The notes under the pieces: model-generated
Told to the model about the DNA's origin: nothing
What the model saw: the letters and a program-made list of their open reading frames with translations, nothing else
Database searches by the model: none
Source of the DNA: Lama glama
Lineage: Eukaryota
Reading direction: 5' to 3'
Assembly: GCA_028534125.1 (NCBI GenBank)
Contig: CM052816.1
Span: 57,414,001-57,478,000, forward strand
DNA length: 64,000 nt
Translations under genes and position numbers: made by a program
Part shown: positions 12,372-26,300 of the stretch, in pieces
Numbering within the stretch: the first letter of the stretch is position 1
Layout: every line of letters begins with the position of its first letter

Positions 12372-15141
12372 CTTGAAAGAAAATACACACCTTTAGGGGA
12401 TCTGACTGCTTTATGTTACGACACTACCATGTGAACAACCACAAGCTAATATGCGTGCTCACAGGTATGTGCATGTGGACGTACACGTACACACACACAC
12501 TTAAATATTCCATATCAGCCAGACTTGCAACCCCATGTCAATAACATTCATCAAGGACCCTCATGACACATATGTGGAAAACCTACAGCATAAATCAGAT
12601 CTCTTTCTAGTCTTGTTTTCCAACACTCCATCTTATTTTTAACAAGTATCTGTACCAAAGACTACAATTTGCTCTTCTCCAACAGTACCAAGAATAATTC
12701 TACTAGTTAAAATTATCCCTATTTTGTAGAGATCATATACAAAAGACTGGAAAGAAAATATACCAAAATGTTAGCAGCACTTACCATTGGGCAATGAGGA
12801 TGAGTCTGTTAGGTTCAAATAAAAACACATCAGGAAGCTAAGAACAGCTCTCGGACTTAACACCATCAAAACCATGGCCCATGGTACAGAGTGAGAAAGT
12901 AGATGAGCCCTTAATTGAGAACAATCCTAGATGCTCACTCTGCAAACAATCCCTCTCCTGCAGACAGGCCATATATTCCCTACATCGGTTCCCATTTACT
13001 CAATTGCTGGCAAGGTGATCTTGAATCATGGAGGTAAGTGCCACAGGCTGACTGATCATGTCACTGACTGATCTAATGATTTCAACTGTGTTGTGTAGCT
13101 TAGTTGTAATAGTTAAGGATTATGCAGATACACAAATTTGTAACACAAAAGTTTTGTAATACTTTTCTATGCCTTAGTAAATTTAATATTAGTATAATGT
13201 AATATTGCTTGGCAATTACAGATCTTTTAGTACTATAAGAGTATAAACTCTGACAGTAGGCAAACTGTATATAATCTAAGCTTCAAAACACTAATTTGTA
13301 AAAATAAAGAAAAAGTTCTCTCTCCGTAGTTATTTTGAGAATTCAGTGAAGCATGTATACAGAATGCCTGGCATATAATAAATACTCAATAATTATTACT
13401 GAACAGCAAATTCCACTATTCATGTGTACAAAAATTCTCTTTGAATTTTCCACTGTTAGTTTTGAGAAGGTTGCTCCCAATGGTAAAGAGTTAAAAAAAA
13501 AATGCAGAGTCAAGTTTTTGGCCAATATTTATTCTCCATTAAAAAAATTAAATTATATGGTAAGAGGGTCAATGTATTGACAACATTTTAAAGATATAAC
13601 CCTAACAATCAAGTAGCCTTCTGGTAAGACCAAAAAGCAGCAAGACTAATAGTAGATCTGTTCCTTATTGCCATTTATTCTTTCCTAAAATTGAAATATC
13701 AAAGAACTGAGGGAAAGAGACACCACCAATCTGCCTAAAGGAAACCAAGTATGTCTTAGAGCAAGCAATAATAAAAATTAAACACAAGCTACAACAGTCT
13801 GACATTTATGACTTCTGCTAAGAGGGCACTGAAGAATGCTGGCAGCCACAAATTCAAATTTATCTTGTCCCATATAATCTCATCCACTTTCCAAAAATCT
13901 GATGCCAGCAGAGTTGAATGAATTCTATAGAAACTTTCCCACCTGTGTATGAACATACATAAAAGGATGTTCACTGAAGAAAACTACAAACCAACCATTC
14001 ATTCTTTAATGGGAGAAACAATTTTACGCCTATCTAATGGATTACCACATAGTCACTGAAATGTGGTCCTTCCAAATATACTTCCTTGTCAAGATTTCGA
14101 CTACGTACTGCTAAGATTAAAAAATTTTAAGAAGACTGGCATACACTCACCATCCTTTTTACCAGAGTAAAGAATTCAGTAGAAAATTAGGAGGGTACAT
14201 GAGGGTCTATAAAAATAACCTAGGGAGACCCTTTTCTCAAATTATAAATGCCCTCTATCTATCCTATCTAAAATCAGTGTTAATAATAACAGTGTTTAAT
14301 ATTTGAAGGGAAGTTACAGAGCATCTGCTTTTTAAGTAAAAGATGAACTAGGTACTTTTCAAATCCACCATGAGACAAAAGTACGAACACAAAGCACTTT
14401 TAACAAAACTGACTGACTCATTATGGAGATTCTTGACCGATTTCTTTTTAACTAATATGCCAGTTTAATAGAAGCTTTCCAGGTCCTTGTAAAATACAGC
14501 TGCTGAAACCCCGTGGCATACTGAATCTGCCCCTTGGTGGACTACTCTATAGTACATCTATTTCGGCTTCCACCAAGTGATGTGTGTTGTGCTTACCAGC
14601 AGTCAGTTGTGTTGGCTCCCAAATTTATTTATACCAGTTATTATGATAGGAAGTTGTTCTTTTATTGAAAACAAGTTTAACACCCTGAAAAGACTCAAAA
14701 CTTACTGTAATTAGGTGTAGACAGGCAAATATTAAGAACAAGGAGGGGGATACAGCAAAAGTAAGGTCCTATACATAGGTTGTTTTACAAATAAGTTTTT
14801 CTTTCCATGTAAAAGAAAGTGAAACTGTAAATTATATCCCATGTATGACACCAGGAAGCCAGATAATTAAGGAACCCAGAGAAAAAACCGTGGTCCTAAA
14901 CTAATACCACTTGTTAATGCCCCATTTTAACCAACTTTAAGACCAGTGAGCCTGGTCTCAATGGATTAAGAGAGCTTTTACTGTAATTGATAGCATTTTC
15001 TCAAAAGCAGCAATGAAAAGTTTTCCCCCATCACAATTTAACATGAAATGGATGACAAAAATTCCTATGGAAATGGTCTGTTATATCAAAACTCAACCCA
15101 GTTACAAACAGGATAAGCAAAATTGTTAACAGATTACTTAC

Positions 15142-15291
15142 CTACAGTGGCTCTAATTAGAGGAGAGGAGTCACCAATATTGTTTAAACATTCACTCTTA
15201 ATAAAGTCTGTTACACCATTTGGGAAGTTTTGAAAATGTGCTTTCACATTATTCTTCAAAATGAGACCACTCAATGATCTTGTGGGTTCAT
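15142..15291 (-). CDS. TNPO1: Transportin-1 coding exon 4 ([15 protein letters not shown]...SPLIRATV)
   Basis: Acceptor ttattaCAG, 150 nt, donor GTAAGT; lies within ORF 15134..15334. Confidence 0.98.
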
Positions 15292-15462
15292 CTGTAATAA
15301 AATAACAATAGTACTGAATTTCACTCCATTTCAAAATGTACCAGGAACAGTAACTTTAAAAATATACTCAAAAACTGATTGTAACATTTCAGTAATTTTG
15401 CTATAACCAGGAAAAAAATACCATAAATGATTATCGAAGGATTAGCGCCATGATTTACAGTT

Positions 15463-15675
15463 CAGGGTTTCTCAACCTTGGCACTACTGACATCTTGGGC
15501 TGGTAATTCTTTGTTGTGGAGTGCTATGTACTTTAAGATGTTCAGCAGTATCAATGGCCATAGGTGCCAGTATTACCTCTCCAAGTCAGGATAACCAAAA
15601 ATGTTTCCAGATAATGTCAAATGTCTTCTGGGGGACAGGGGTGGGGGCAAAATAGCACCTGGTTGAGAACCACTG
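15463..15675. mobile_element. MER20-like hAT-Charlie MITE
   Basis: Terminal inverted repeats cagggtttctcaacc ... ggttgagaaccactg with a MER20-like body. Confidence 0.8.
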
Positions 15676-16049
15676 ATTTAATTTAAGAGTTAATTTAATT
15701 TATATATGGCCACTGTACTCAAGCTTTATTGGAACCTGATATAAACAACAAATTACAGAACTGAAAGTATTAGTCACTATAGATATTCTATTAAAAAATT
15801 CAGTTGACAAAGAATATATGGGATCACCTTCACATACAAATAATTGCCGCTCATTTATATCATGTTTTTCACTTGCCTCTGAGCTAAAAAAAAAAAGGGG
15901 TAAAACAATTTTTAAATTTCCAAGTTTTTTTAAAAATAGAATTTACTTAAAAGAAGTTTAAACCATAGATGCCGTTAACAAATTTTCGAGAAGTAATTCA
16001 ATACTAGTAGAATATAATGGATGCTTTAACAATTGGCGTCATCACCAAC

Positions 16050-16290
16050 AACATTAACAATACTTAACATTTTTCGAATGCTTATTAGGTACTCAACACT
16101 GCTAAGTGCTTTCCAAGTAGTTTGTATTTGATCCTCACAACCTCATGAGACAGGAATTATTTTCTCCACTGCACAAACGAGGAAACTGAGGCCTCTGCCA
16201 AAGTCACACAAGGCTACGAAGTGGGGAAGCCAAAATATCAACCTTAGGAGTCTGGTTCCAGAGCCTACGTTTGACGCACTGTACAGTATC
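16050..16290. mobile_element. MIR SINE (one of many)
   Basis: Core gaggaaactgaggc...aagtcacaca. Other MIR-like relics at ~5990-6200, 25660-25840, 29240-29650, 35430-35560, 41495-41655, 48510-48700, 49320-49545, 54660-54830 and 62215-62455. Confidence 0.75.
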
Positions 16291-19023
16291 ACCATCCTTA
16301 AAAAGGCTAGAAGACATGAAGAGCTGGTGTATTAACAGAATATGCTATTACAGCAGTACTGTTTTACATACCTTATTACAAAATAAAATACCCCAAGCTT
16401 GTTCTAGTTAGTAGTATGCTCCCAAAGTCTGACTGGCATTGAAATCTTCAAGGATAAAACACATGGGAGGCAAAAAAGATAGAAATGTATCTTTGCATAT
16501 AAACCCCACTCAAGCCACCACAGCAATATAGCCCAGAAACTTTTTATGTCACCTTCTAAATATTTCTTCCTGGGTTCAATTACAATCATTCGATCAGTAA
16601 CTTAAAATGAAACAAAAACACTTCTAAATTCTCTCAAAATTTTAAAACTGTTAAAAATCAATGAAGTAACAGCCAGATATTCAACTTCCTCGAGCAAGAA
16701 CATTTTTGCCTTAAGTTAGCCTTTAATAATTCAGTCACATAATTTTAAGTGGTATTTTACTTTAAATTTTAATTTCGTTATAAGCAATACACTGTATAAT
16801 TTTTACAACTAAGATTACAAGATGAAGAGCTTTAAAGAACCACAACATGAGGTGAAATGATTTAAAATTAAAAATACAAAATATTTTGTTAAAATATTTA
16901 ATTAAAAATATCCCGTTCAAATAAAAAAAAAAGGGCCATTTCCTCTTTAAAAAATACTAGGCCTCAACTCTCGTCTGTGAAGTGAGGGAATTAGATGAGC
17001 TGATCTCTGAGGTCTCTCCAGATTTAAAATCTCACTCCACAATTCAGTGTAAACAAATTCACATGACAAGTGGCAAAAAGATTACTAAATGGGCATTTTC
17101 ATTTTAAGAATTTACTTATGTTCCTTCTCTATTATGGATGGCCGCAATGCTGTTTTTTTTTTTTAAAAGAAAATCAGATGTAACAAACTTGTGTCTCAAA
17201 TAAATGAATTAACACAGGAAGAAGTATCACGTGTTATACAAATGTAAAGCTCCCACTATGTAGATCCTTTGAGAAATTACTAATAAACAGAAGAAAATAC
17301 GTATTAGTTAGGGTCAAAAAACCTGCATAATATCCTTTCCAACTTTAAGGTTTTGTAATTAATAGAGGTCTTTTGGGAGGCAGTTACATACTCACCTCTC
17401 CTGCTGTTAGAATTATAGGTTTGTCTGCTTTTTAAAATACTTCTCATGTACCCTTATATACCAAGAAAGTTTTAAGAAAGAGTGTAACATAACAATCTTA
17501 ATATTTGGAATTTAGGATGGGGACATGACAGATGGCTTAGTGAAACTATCAGCTTACATTTTTCAAGTAAAATAATTCACTTTAGAAAAGTTCACTTACT
17601 AAATATTTAAGTTCTTATAGTATTATCTGATTACAAACTACTACATGGGAAAAATAAAGTTTCTATATTAAGAAACAACCCATATGCATATTTATCAAAC
17701 TAGGAATATTAATTGCTGAACTTAAAGATATGCTGAAGGACTTTCTAGTTTCTTAAGACAAATTTAGAAAATTTTAAAGTTTCTTTACATATCTCAATCA
17801 CAAATTCATATCTTTAAAATTAACTAGGAATTTTGAAAATAATTCAGAATAAATCACTATACTGTGCACGGATTATTAAAATCTGAATAAATACAAGGTC
17901 ACTGAGATTATAAGGTCATTAACCCCCTAGTGCTTGGAGTTGAAACCTTACCGTCAGTCTGGTAGTCTAACACAAGCATTCTGAACATGAAAAAAGCATC
18001 AGAGGTAAAATGAGTGTCAGAGTCTAAGACTTATTTCTCAACTCCAAGTGCAGTGTTTTTACTAACTACACCACGGCTTCTGAAACACTCATCACTGAAC
18101 AGGGTATAGTGTTTTCATTTAGAGGCTAGTCAGTTGCTCAGAAAGTACGTGAGTGCTTTCTGTGTGTCTGACAATGTTCCAGGAAGGGAATACTTAAATA
18201 ACTCTATGAAGAACACCTCTCATTACAATGTAAGCTCCACGAGGACAGATTCTCATTTATTTTGTTCACTTTTATTGCCCATGAGCCAGCAAACTGCCTA
18301 GCAAAGAAGGGGTGCTCAATAAATATTTCTGAAATGAATTAAGTCTAGAGAGACATATGAGATGTGTCAGAAACAAGCAAATGCCCATGTCATTTAAAAA
18401 TCAGACTAGTTTTCAGGCTTTGTAACAGAAGTTTTGTTGCAGAACAGTTAATGAAAAAGTTTCACGTATACTGTTAAAAGTTTAAAAAAAAAGTTAACAA
18501 TAGTCTTTGAATAGAATGATCCTATTTTTTGTCAAAATTTAAAATAGTACATAGCCATATAAAGGAGTGTAGAATTAAGAGATTAATAACAATTATCTGA
18601 GTGATGGGATTATACGTGATTTTTCATTTTGGTTATATAAACTTTCAATCACAGAAATATGATCACACATATAGTTATATAATTTAGTTCATTTAGTAAA
18701 TAACTAGTAACTTAGTAAATCCTGCATTCAATCTATATATTAAAAGAATCAATCTTTATGACATTCATGCAGAAGGACTGAAGCAAAACAGCAAAGCAGA
18801 GTTTGCAACACTCTTTTCATTTGCAAGAATGAGGGAATTTACTATAAAAACACCAAATTAACAACTGAATGCTCATGAAGCATCCAAATGCTTAGAGTGG
18901 TAGTAACTCATTCCACATCTGTAAAGCAAGCATAATGTAATCCTTTGAAATGAGTAATTCTTAGTAAAGAAACTTAAAGTGTAAAAAACTTTGAAGTAGT
19001 TATCAAACACAAACTCTACTTAC

Positions 19024-19099
19024 CTTCAGATTTTAATTTTGTAAGAACAAAAATCAAGTAGTTGTTAAAATCTGGATATTGATTGAGTTGTTCCAGTTT
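19024..19099 (-). CDS. TNPO1: Transportin-1 coding exon 3 (KLEQLNQYPDFNNYLIFVLTKLKSE)
   Basis: Acceptor ttgttcTAG, 76 nt, donor GTAAGT; translation continues TNPO1 in frame. Confidence 0.97.
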
Positions 19100-21863
19100 C
19101 TAGAACAAATAGTAGTTAAGGAAACTTCTCAGTGTAATCTATGGAAGAAATTAAGCATTTTTAATCTAAAATCAAGAATCTTTTTTGGGATTTTTACTTT
19201 CGCATTTTTTTTTTAAAGTCAGAATAAAGCTCTCTTATTAAAACTGTCAGTATGCTATTGCAGTGGTGGTTGTGTTAAACCTCTTCAGTGCATTATGGCT
19301 GAAATACTAAACTTAATATTTTATATCAACTATATTCTCTGCAACATAAATCAAGTTATACCTTCAGCAGCACAAGTGCACACATAGTAAAAATTTTGTT
19401 TCAAAACAATTTACTTGAACTTAAAAGGAAAAAAAAACCCTCACGGGAAAGGTATTTAAGTATAAAATAATGACAAAAATGAAAAGCACTCCAAAGAAAC
19501 ACAAACAAGTCTTTTAAACATCATTTAAGGAAACTACCTTTATAAAATAACTTTTTAACTTAAACTGCTTTTATTAGACTCGTTTGTTCTTTAGAATTCA
19601 AAAAATTAAGATAAAATACTATTTATGTCCAAGTCTACATATCAAATCTTATTACATAAAGTCAGTATTATGAAATTATCACACTGCAAAAGTTCTGCAA
19701 CCATGCATCCCACCCACCCCAGGATCTAACATTTCCAATGACACAAATGTGCACGTATTTTATTTTGTTGGCAGCCAATAATGACATAATGCTCTACTAT
19801 ATCTTTCTTCATGCCCTCTATTATGCTTTATAGTAACACCCCAATTGTGCTTTATTAGACATAAATATTCTATTTTTTTCCTCAATAGACCTAAATCTTT
19901 TTAAAAAATTAAAACCATGATACAAACTCTAGGTGTACCACATTAGCTGTTTATCACACACTACAATACCCTCAGTGTTTAGTGATTGGAACATAGATTA
20001 ACTATCAAAATACCTTTCTCTAGAAAAATTCCAATGGGTAACCACTTTCTTTGACCAAAACTGCCCAGTGATTTCTTTCCTAAGTGAATGGCCAAATTAA
20101 CATGATATGCCAATGATTTTTCATAAATATTTCCTGATAAGATTCACTTTCTTAGAAATTGAGCTACCTATCCATGATAACCATAGTAAGAATCTTTCAA
20201 AAGGTGCTCAAGCCTATACAAAAACAATAATTAAATACACTCTTTCCCAAGAAGACACAAAAGAACAAGGTCACCATAAGGCACTTTGAAAACAAAAACA
20301 CTGTATTTTTAAATACTATTTATCTCTGTCTACTGAAATTTAATTTGTTCCTTATGCAGAGAGCATACTATGTTCCAGGCATGCAGAATAAACTGAAAAT
20401 TTGATTGTTAGCCCAAGCATAGTATCAAACATGTAAAAAGTATTTAATACGTACTAAAACAAGAGATTATGATATATAGTGCTGGGAAAGAAATTACAGT
20501 GCGGTTTTGGGCTTGGCTAACCTAGGAAATAACTGGGTCATATAACACGTACAATTCATTAAATATCAACTTCTATCAAACACAAAGACTGAGCCACACC
20601 AGGGTTTCAGGTACAAGCTCCAATACACCCCAAAACGACTATTCTCCCCTCAGTACTAACAGTACCCAAGCAAAATGACTTAAAAAAAATAAACCCGAGC
20701 AGACCTAAATCATTAACACCTTCATTTCAAAATGAGTACTATTAATTAACTAAAAGATTAGGTACTTAATCATCTATTCAAGGTTTTAAGTTACAGAGAT
20801 GCAGTACTTCGAGAAACTTATTTACCAAGAGCTTAAGGAATTCTATTTTTGATCCTGACAGTGTTTTAAATTTAAATAAGCTCAAATTACACCAAAAGAG
20901 CTTACTTATCAGATTCCATATTAAACAATTTTCCTGCTTATTAATAAAAATTGAGGCTTTTTTTTTGCAAAAATCACATAAAAGTTTTTTAAAAGAATTA
21001 ACTTCGTCTTAAAATAACAGAGATAAAAAGATTATTTACGATCGGGTGAATTTGTTTCTTTTATTGGATGCGGTGAGAGCTTTCCATTTGACCGCAGTTT
21101 AGGGCACTACAGAAGGCACACATAGCAGAGGTTTTTGCTTCTCATAAGCTTTTCTGTCTCTAAAACTGTAGCAATAGGACACTACACTAGCAAACTCGGT
21201 AAAGACTTGGGTAACTGAGCAGACAGTCTTGAGCCAAAGATTAAAAAAAAAAAAAAATCTCACTTGGGAGCCAGGGAGCTTGCAACAGGTGTTGGCATGA
21301 ACAGCCCTGGGGTGAAGCCTGAGACCACCCCCCCCTTCAAGGTCTCCAGCCTAGAGGAACCCCAGGCCCAACCCCGAGGCCGTTCAAACCCCGCGCCAGC
21401 TCCACCCCATTTCTGGCCGACGAGCTCCGCCGCGCACACAGAGCCCTCCACCCGGCCTTACGCTCTGCCCGCCGCCTCCACCGCGCCGGGAGCATTGTGT
21501 GGGCCGGAGCGCTGGGGGTCCGCACCCTGCCGCGCCGCTCTGCACTCCCTCGGCGGGTCAGCGGCGGCCGGGCGGGGACGTGGCGGCCCCGCCGGCGCAC
21601 ATGTCGCGATCGCGGGCGGCGGCCGGGAGCCCCCGCCTCCCGCGGGCCGGAAGCCGGCGGCTGCGACGGCAGCCTGAACCCGGGGCGCGAGGGCCGCGTG
21701 CGCGAGGCGCCGGGCAGGGGCGGCGGCGGTGGCGGGCGGACGGAGGGCGGAGGGATCCGGGGAGCAGGAGGAGGGGGAGGGGCGGGGGAGCCACCCGGCT
21801 GCCGGGAGCGGGCCCCGCGCGGGGCGAGCTGCGCGGGCGGCGACGAGGCCTCGGAAAGGATAC
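19100..21863 (-). other. TNPO1: TNPO1 intron 2: U12-type (minor spliceosome) GT-AG intron
   Basis: 5' splice site GTATCCTTT (21863-21855); branch site TTCCTTAAC (19123-19115) with its As 16-17 nt from the 3' splice site. Confidence 0.95.
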
Positions 21864-22320
21864 TTGTTGCACGGTTCTCTGGATGGTGGTGTCTGGGGAC
21901 TGGGACTCCTTCAGCAGCTGCAGGATTTGCTGAAGCCCTTGCTCGTCAGGTTTCCACTCATACTCCATCTTGGTTTGCTGCAAATAAAGCCAGACACAGG
22001 AAGAGAGGAGCAAATGTTACTCCCCGTGCACAGGCCCGAGTGCTTCCCGCGCCGAGCAACCCGCTTCTCCCCGCCAGAACGACCCCTGCGCTCCCTAGAC
22101 GCCTCGGACCTGCCTGGGGCGCCCCGAAGGAAGTCTCGGACGGTGAAACCCGGGAGAACTGATCCTAGCAGCTCGGCCGCCAACGTCTGCTGCTGCCGCC
22201 GCGGCCGCTGAGCGCAAGAAGCCGACCAGACTGAGTCACCGCGAATTTGCAATCTGGCCCCTAGATCCGCTCGGGGGAGCCCCCTGGGTCCTAGTGCCAC
22301 GCAGTTTCCTCCATCCAACC
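21280..22320. promoter_or_regulatory. Internal CpG island over exon 2; probable alternative promoter
   Basis: Dense CpG ~30 kb downstream of exon 1, with AP-1 TGAGTCA (22232-22238) and a strong-context ATG in exon 2. Confidence 0.8.
21864..21977 (-). CDS. TNPO1: Transportin-1 coding exon 2 ([38 protein letters not shown])
   Basis: Acceptor tttatttgCAG, 114 nt, donor GTATCCTTT. Contains a second in-frame ATG at 21968 (accaagATGG). Confidence 0.98.
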
Positions 22321-23125
22321 CAACTCTAATTCCGTCCAGATTATTACTGATTTAAGGGCTAAACAAAAATCAAGTCCTTATCAAAACCCCGCGAAACACC
22401 TGAACAGATCTGATTTGGGGTTTTAGTCATTTTAAGTTAACATGGTTAATAATTAAGAGTGACTGTAATAGGGGAAAAACATCTGATAATTACCCTGACA
22501 GCTCAACAATACTTATGGAGAAGAAATAAAAATGTTTGCATTTCAATTTGATATATAAAGCACCAAATACTAATATTTAGTCTAAAATATTAAAGATGCA
22601 CTACAATCACAACCCACATCTCGATAAACACTAAATGTTGCATTTACATTTGCAGAACTTGACTAAAATAATGCGTTCTTTCATAAACTTCAACTTCCGA
22701 ACTTTCGTTGAGATAAAGTCTATCTGAAATAACCACATTTCACAACTAATGACTTTGGGCTGAAAGAAAAACAAGAAAATGTTATCTTACAATTGGATAG
22801 TGTTTAATCCTATTAACGTGTTTTCACATACATTTTCTCATTTTATTATCTGACCAGAGGAGGTATTATTTGCTCCCATTTGGCAACTATGGAGCAAAAA
22901 GGTCTGAGCAAATTACCTCAGTGAACTAGGTGAGATTGGGAACAGAATATAGATTTCTCAAACTACTATGAATTGCATCTGCTACAATCAATTGTAACTA
23001 TTATATCAATGACACAGTTTCATTAAAACTAAATGCTTAAACAAAAACAAAACCTAAGTATCAAGCATGAATTATTTGTAAAAACCAAACTGAATTTGCT
23101 GAAGGAGAAAATTTTTCATATGGTT

Positions 23126-23306
23126 CTACAATTATATGATGGCTTGACACCTGAAATGATGGCTACAATTATATGATGGCTTGACACCTTACTAGTAGGC
23201 ATCCCTTCCTAGCAGGGGTTAAAAGCAATTACCTGACCTTACTGTACCTCTCTAGTTAGCATTGTTCAAAAAAACAAAACTGTAACTCTCTAGTTAGCAT
23301 TGTTTA

Positions 23307-23338
<32 letters not shown>

Positions 23339-23340
23339 AC
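23126..23340. repeat. Two local tandem duplications (37- and 38-bp period) followed by (CAAAA)n
   Basis: ctacaattatatgatggcttgacacct at 23126 and 23163; actgtaMctctctagttagcattgttYaaaaaaacaaa at 23241 and 23279. Confidence 0.9.
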
Positions 23341-26300
23341 TTTTCCTCTCTCCTTCTTTACCTTTATTTTCAGCTTAATATCCTGTAATCTGGCTTTGCT
23401 CTCCGAATTCTACAGACTTTTTAAATGACCCAGCTCCCAAAACAAACAACCCCCCCCCAAACAAAAACAATTATCTTTTGGACATAATACCTATTAATAA
23501 TATTGTAGTGTTTTTATTCCAGTCTTCATTCTGTGCATTTATATATTTTATAATAATAGGGTTGTCCTGTTATTTGCCCAATTGCATATATCATTAAATA
23601 TTAAAAGTATTTAAAAACATAATAGTATTCTATTGTGTTGCTGTACCATAATTTTAATAAACTTTTAACTGATATAATATACACTATAACCTGTACAAAT
23701 CATAAGCTTATAACTAGGTGGATTTTTACAAAGTGAATACACCTGTGTAACCAATCCCCACATCAAGATAGTTACCAGTACCAAGGTTTCTCTTGTACCT
23801 TGTCTTTAACTCACCCCACAATCCCTATTACAATTTCTGTCATTATAAACCTCTCCCCCATCCCTTTTGACTTCCTTTTACTTCAGAAACTTTTTTAAAA
23901 AAATGATAAAAACAGTATTATAACAAATCAAACATGTTTGGACAAGAAAAGTTAATTCAATCCTCTCTCTTAAGTTTACCTCCCTGACATAAGGAGTTTT
24001 AAGAGTTTGATATGAATCCTACACATTTCTCTATTCTCAAACACATATATAATTCTGGTTTGTTTTCTAAGATCATACCACATACTACACTCCACAACTT
24101 TTAAACACGCAATATAGCATGGCCATCATTCTAGGCCACTACGTATAGATTTAACGCACTTTTTAATAGATGTACCTTGGTCTTTATAACTGATAGAACA
24201 AAATTTGTTCCTGATTGGCTTCCACCTTGCTTCTACTTTTTGCCACTATGAACAACACAGCAAAAAACATTCTTGTACTAATATCCCCCTCATAGTAATG
24301 GCAACCCAGTGAGATTAGGCCAAATGTATAAGTATTTAAAAATTTCTAATAGTTATTACCAGATTACTTTTCAAAAAGTTATGCAACCCACAGACACCAC
24401 CATCAACAATGTTTCCCATATATTCACCAGCATGATCTTTTAATTTTTGTGAATCCAATGAGTGAACATTTTAAATCTCTCCTGATGCTGGAACAGGGAG
24501 GGAATGGGAGAAGTGGGAGTGGGGAACCTGAAAGTCTGAGCCTTAGCTATGAGTTAGAGGTGCCAGTAAGTATATCCCACCTGTTGAGGTGACAAATAGA
24601 TAGCCTACTTAAGTCCTTAGCTGCCTTTCTGAACAAAAAACTAATGCCAGGGGCCAACAGTAGCCAAGTCCAAAAGACACCTTCATCATATCAATCCTGA
24701 GTGAGGATGACCGCCCTGTAGTATCATTACCATACTTCCTTTTTTATCCCTGCACTCAAATAATGTTTTTCTCTTTGAACAGCTTAGTATTAAGAACATT
24801 TAATTTGATTAGCCAATGATGATAGGATAAGGAGAATTGAGACAATCTGTTCTGTCATACCTTACTCAACTTATCTGGAACAAAAAGCTCTCAAAAATAT
24901 TTGATTGCTAACTGCTTGATAATCTCAGGCCACTTTGAACTTCTAAACCACATTTTTTTTCTGTAGTAAAACATATGTAATACAAAATTCAGCATTTTAA
25001 CCATTTAAAGTGTAAAATTCAGTGGCATTAAGTACATTCCACCTCTATCTCTAGAACTTAATACATTTCAAAAGCCATTAAAATTAGGAAGAACCTTATC
25101 CTAGGGTATCCAGAGATAGTGTTATTTAGATAATGTCTTAAGTACTTCAAGCTAACCAAGCACCCTAGAATTACGAGGTAGAAATCATTTATTTAAAGAA
25201 TAAACTATATATTAAACAGAATATCAAGATTAACACTGAATTTTCTTAAAATAATTACTATTCTTCTTTCATGTTGAATACTCAGATATGAATGTTTCAA
25301 AAAAGGGAAGTAGTACCTCAAATTTTTCTCTTTTGGAGTACATAAATTATGCTGATTGGTCCATGACATTCATGGTAAGTACTCCGTTGCCCCAAAAGGC
25401 ATTTCAGTAAGCCAAGACAGTTAACTGAACTATCAAGATAGAAGATGGCACCAGAATAAAAAGCCTGCAAGAGGTAGGTTACTATAAAATAACATTATGG
25501 GCCTTCAGAAGACTAAAACTTCCTCAAGAATCCTAAGCTGTTAAGAACTTAAATTTATGTTAAAACTGAATTTACTAGAGTTGATGTGAGGTAAAGAAGC
25601 CAGACTGGTTGAAAAAAGTAAAAAATATCTAGTATCTTCCCAGCTGGAGGGGCTGTAAAATATAGTTTAAAAAGCAGACAGGAAGTCTGGACTCAAGCAA
25701 CCTAAATTTAAATCCACACAGTAGCTGTGAAAACCTGGGAAAGTTAACTAATCTCTCTGAGCCTCAGTTTCCCAACTATAAAATGAGAGTATACCAACTC
25801 TGGAATAGGATTATAGGTACCTGCCTGGCATACAGTATGGTTTGAAATATAGTGGTTTTAATTGTTACAGCAATGGTTTTCTACTACCTGCAAGATAAAA
25901 TCTAACTTCTTTTCATGGAAGAGGCTCTTTATGATCTGGCCCATCCCCTCCAAGGACAGCTTTATTTTTTCCAACTCAACCTCCAACTTTTACGCTCCAG
26001 TGCTACCAATTGTGCCTCTCATACCTCTGAACCTTTGCATAGGGACTTCCTGTCTGAAACGCCCTCTTTAAATGCGATCACTTGTATTTTTTACCACTGA
26101 TCTAGAGTTAATGGCTATTTCCATTTTAAAAACTGTCGTAATTATTTCTAGGTCTGTCTTAGTAACAGAACATGTGTTCCTTGAGAACAAGGACAGTGTC
26201 TTTTTGCCCTCTTTGCCTAGCAAAAGTGTGATTCAGTAAGTATTTGTTGAATAAATACTATTGTTGTTCATTACTCAAATACTATTATTGTCCATTAATT

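Noticed and set aside
21264..21350. Possible 87-nt cryptic exon (ctctAG...CAA|GTGAGA) inside the U12 intron
   Set aside because: Weak acceptor, U2 sites are incompatible with the flanking U12 sites, and there is no transcript evidence.
21260..22318. Cluster of 60-220 aa ORFs on both strands
   Set aside because: Stop-poor CpG-island frames with low-complexity Arg/Gly/Pro/Ala content; only the exon 2 portion is supported.
23126..23316. CRISPR-like repeat-spacer appearance
   Set aside because: Only two copies of each unit, the units are unrelated, there are no cas genes, and the context is a mammalian intron.
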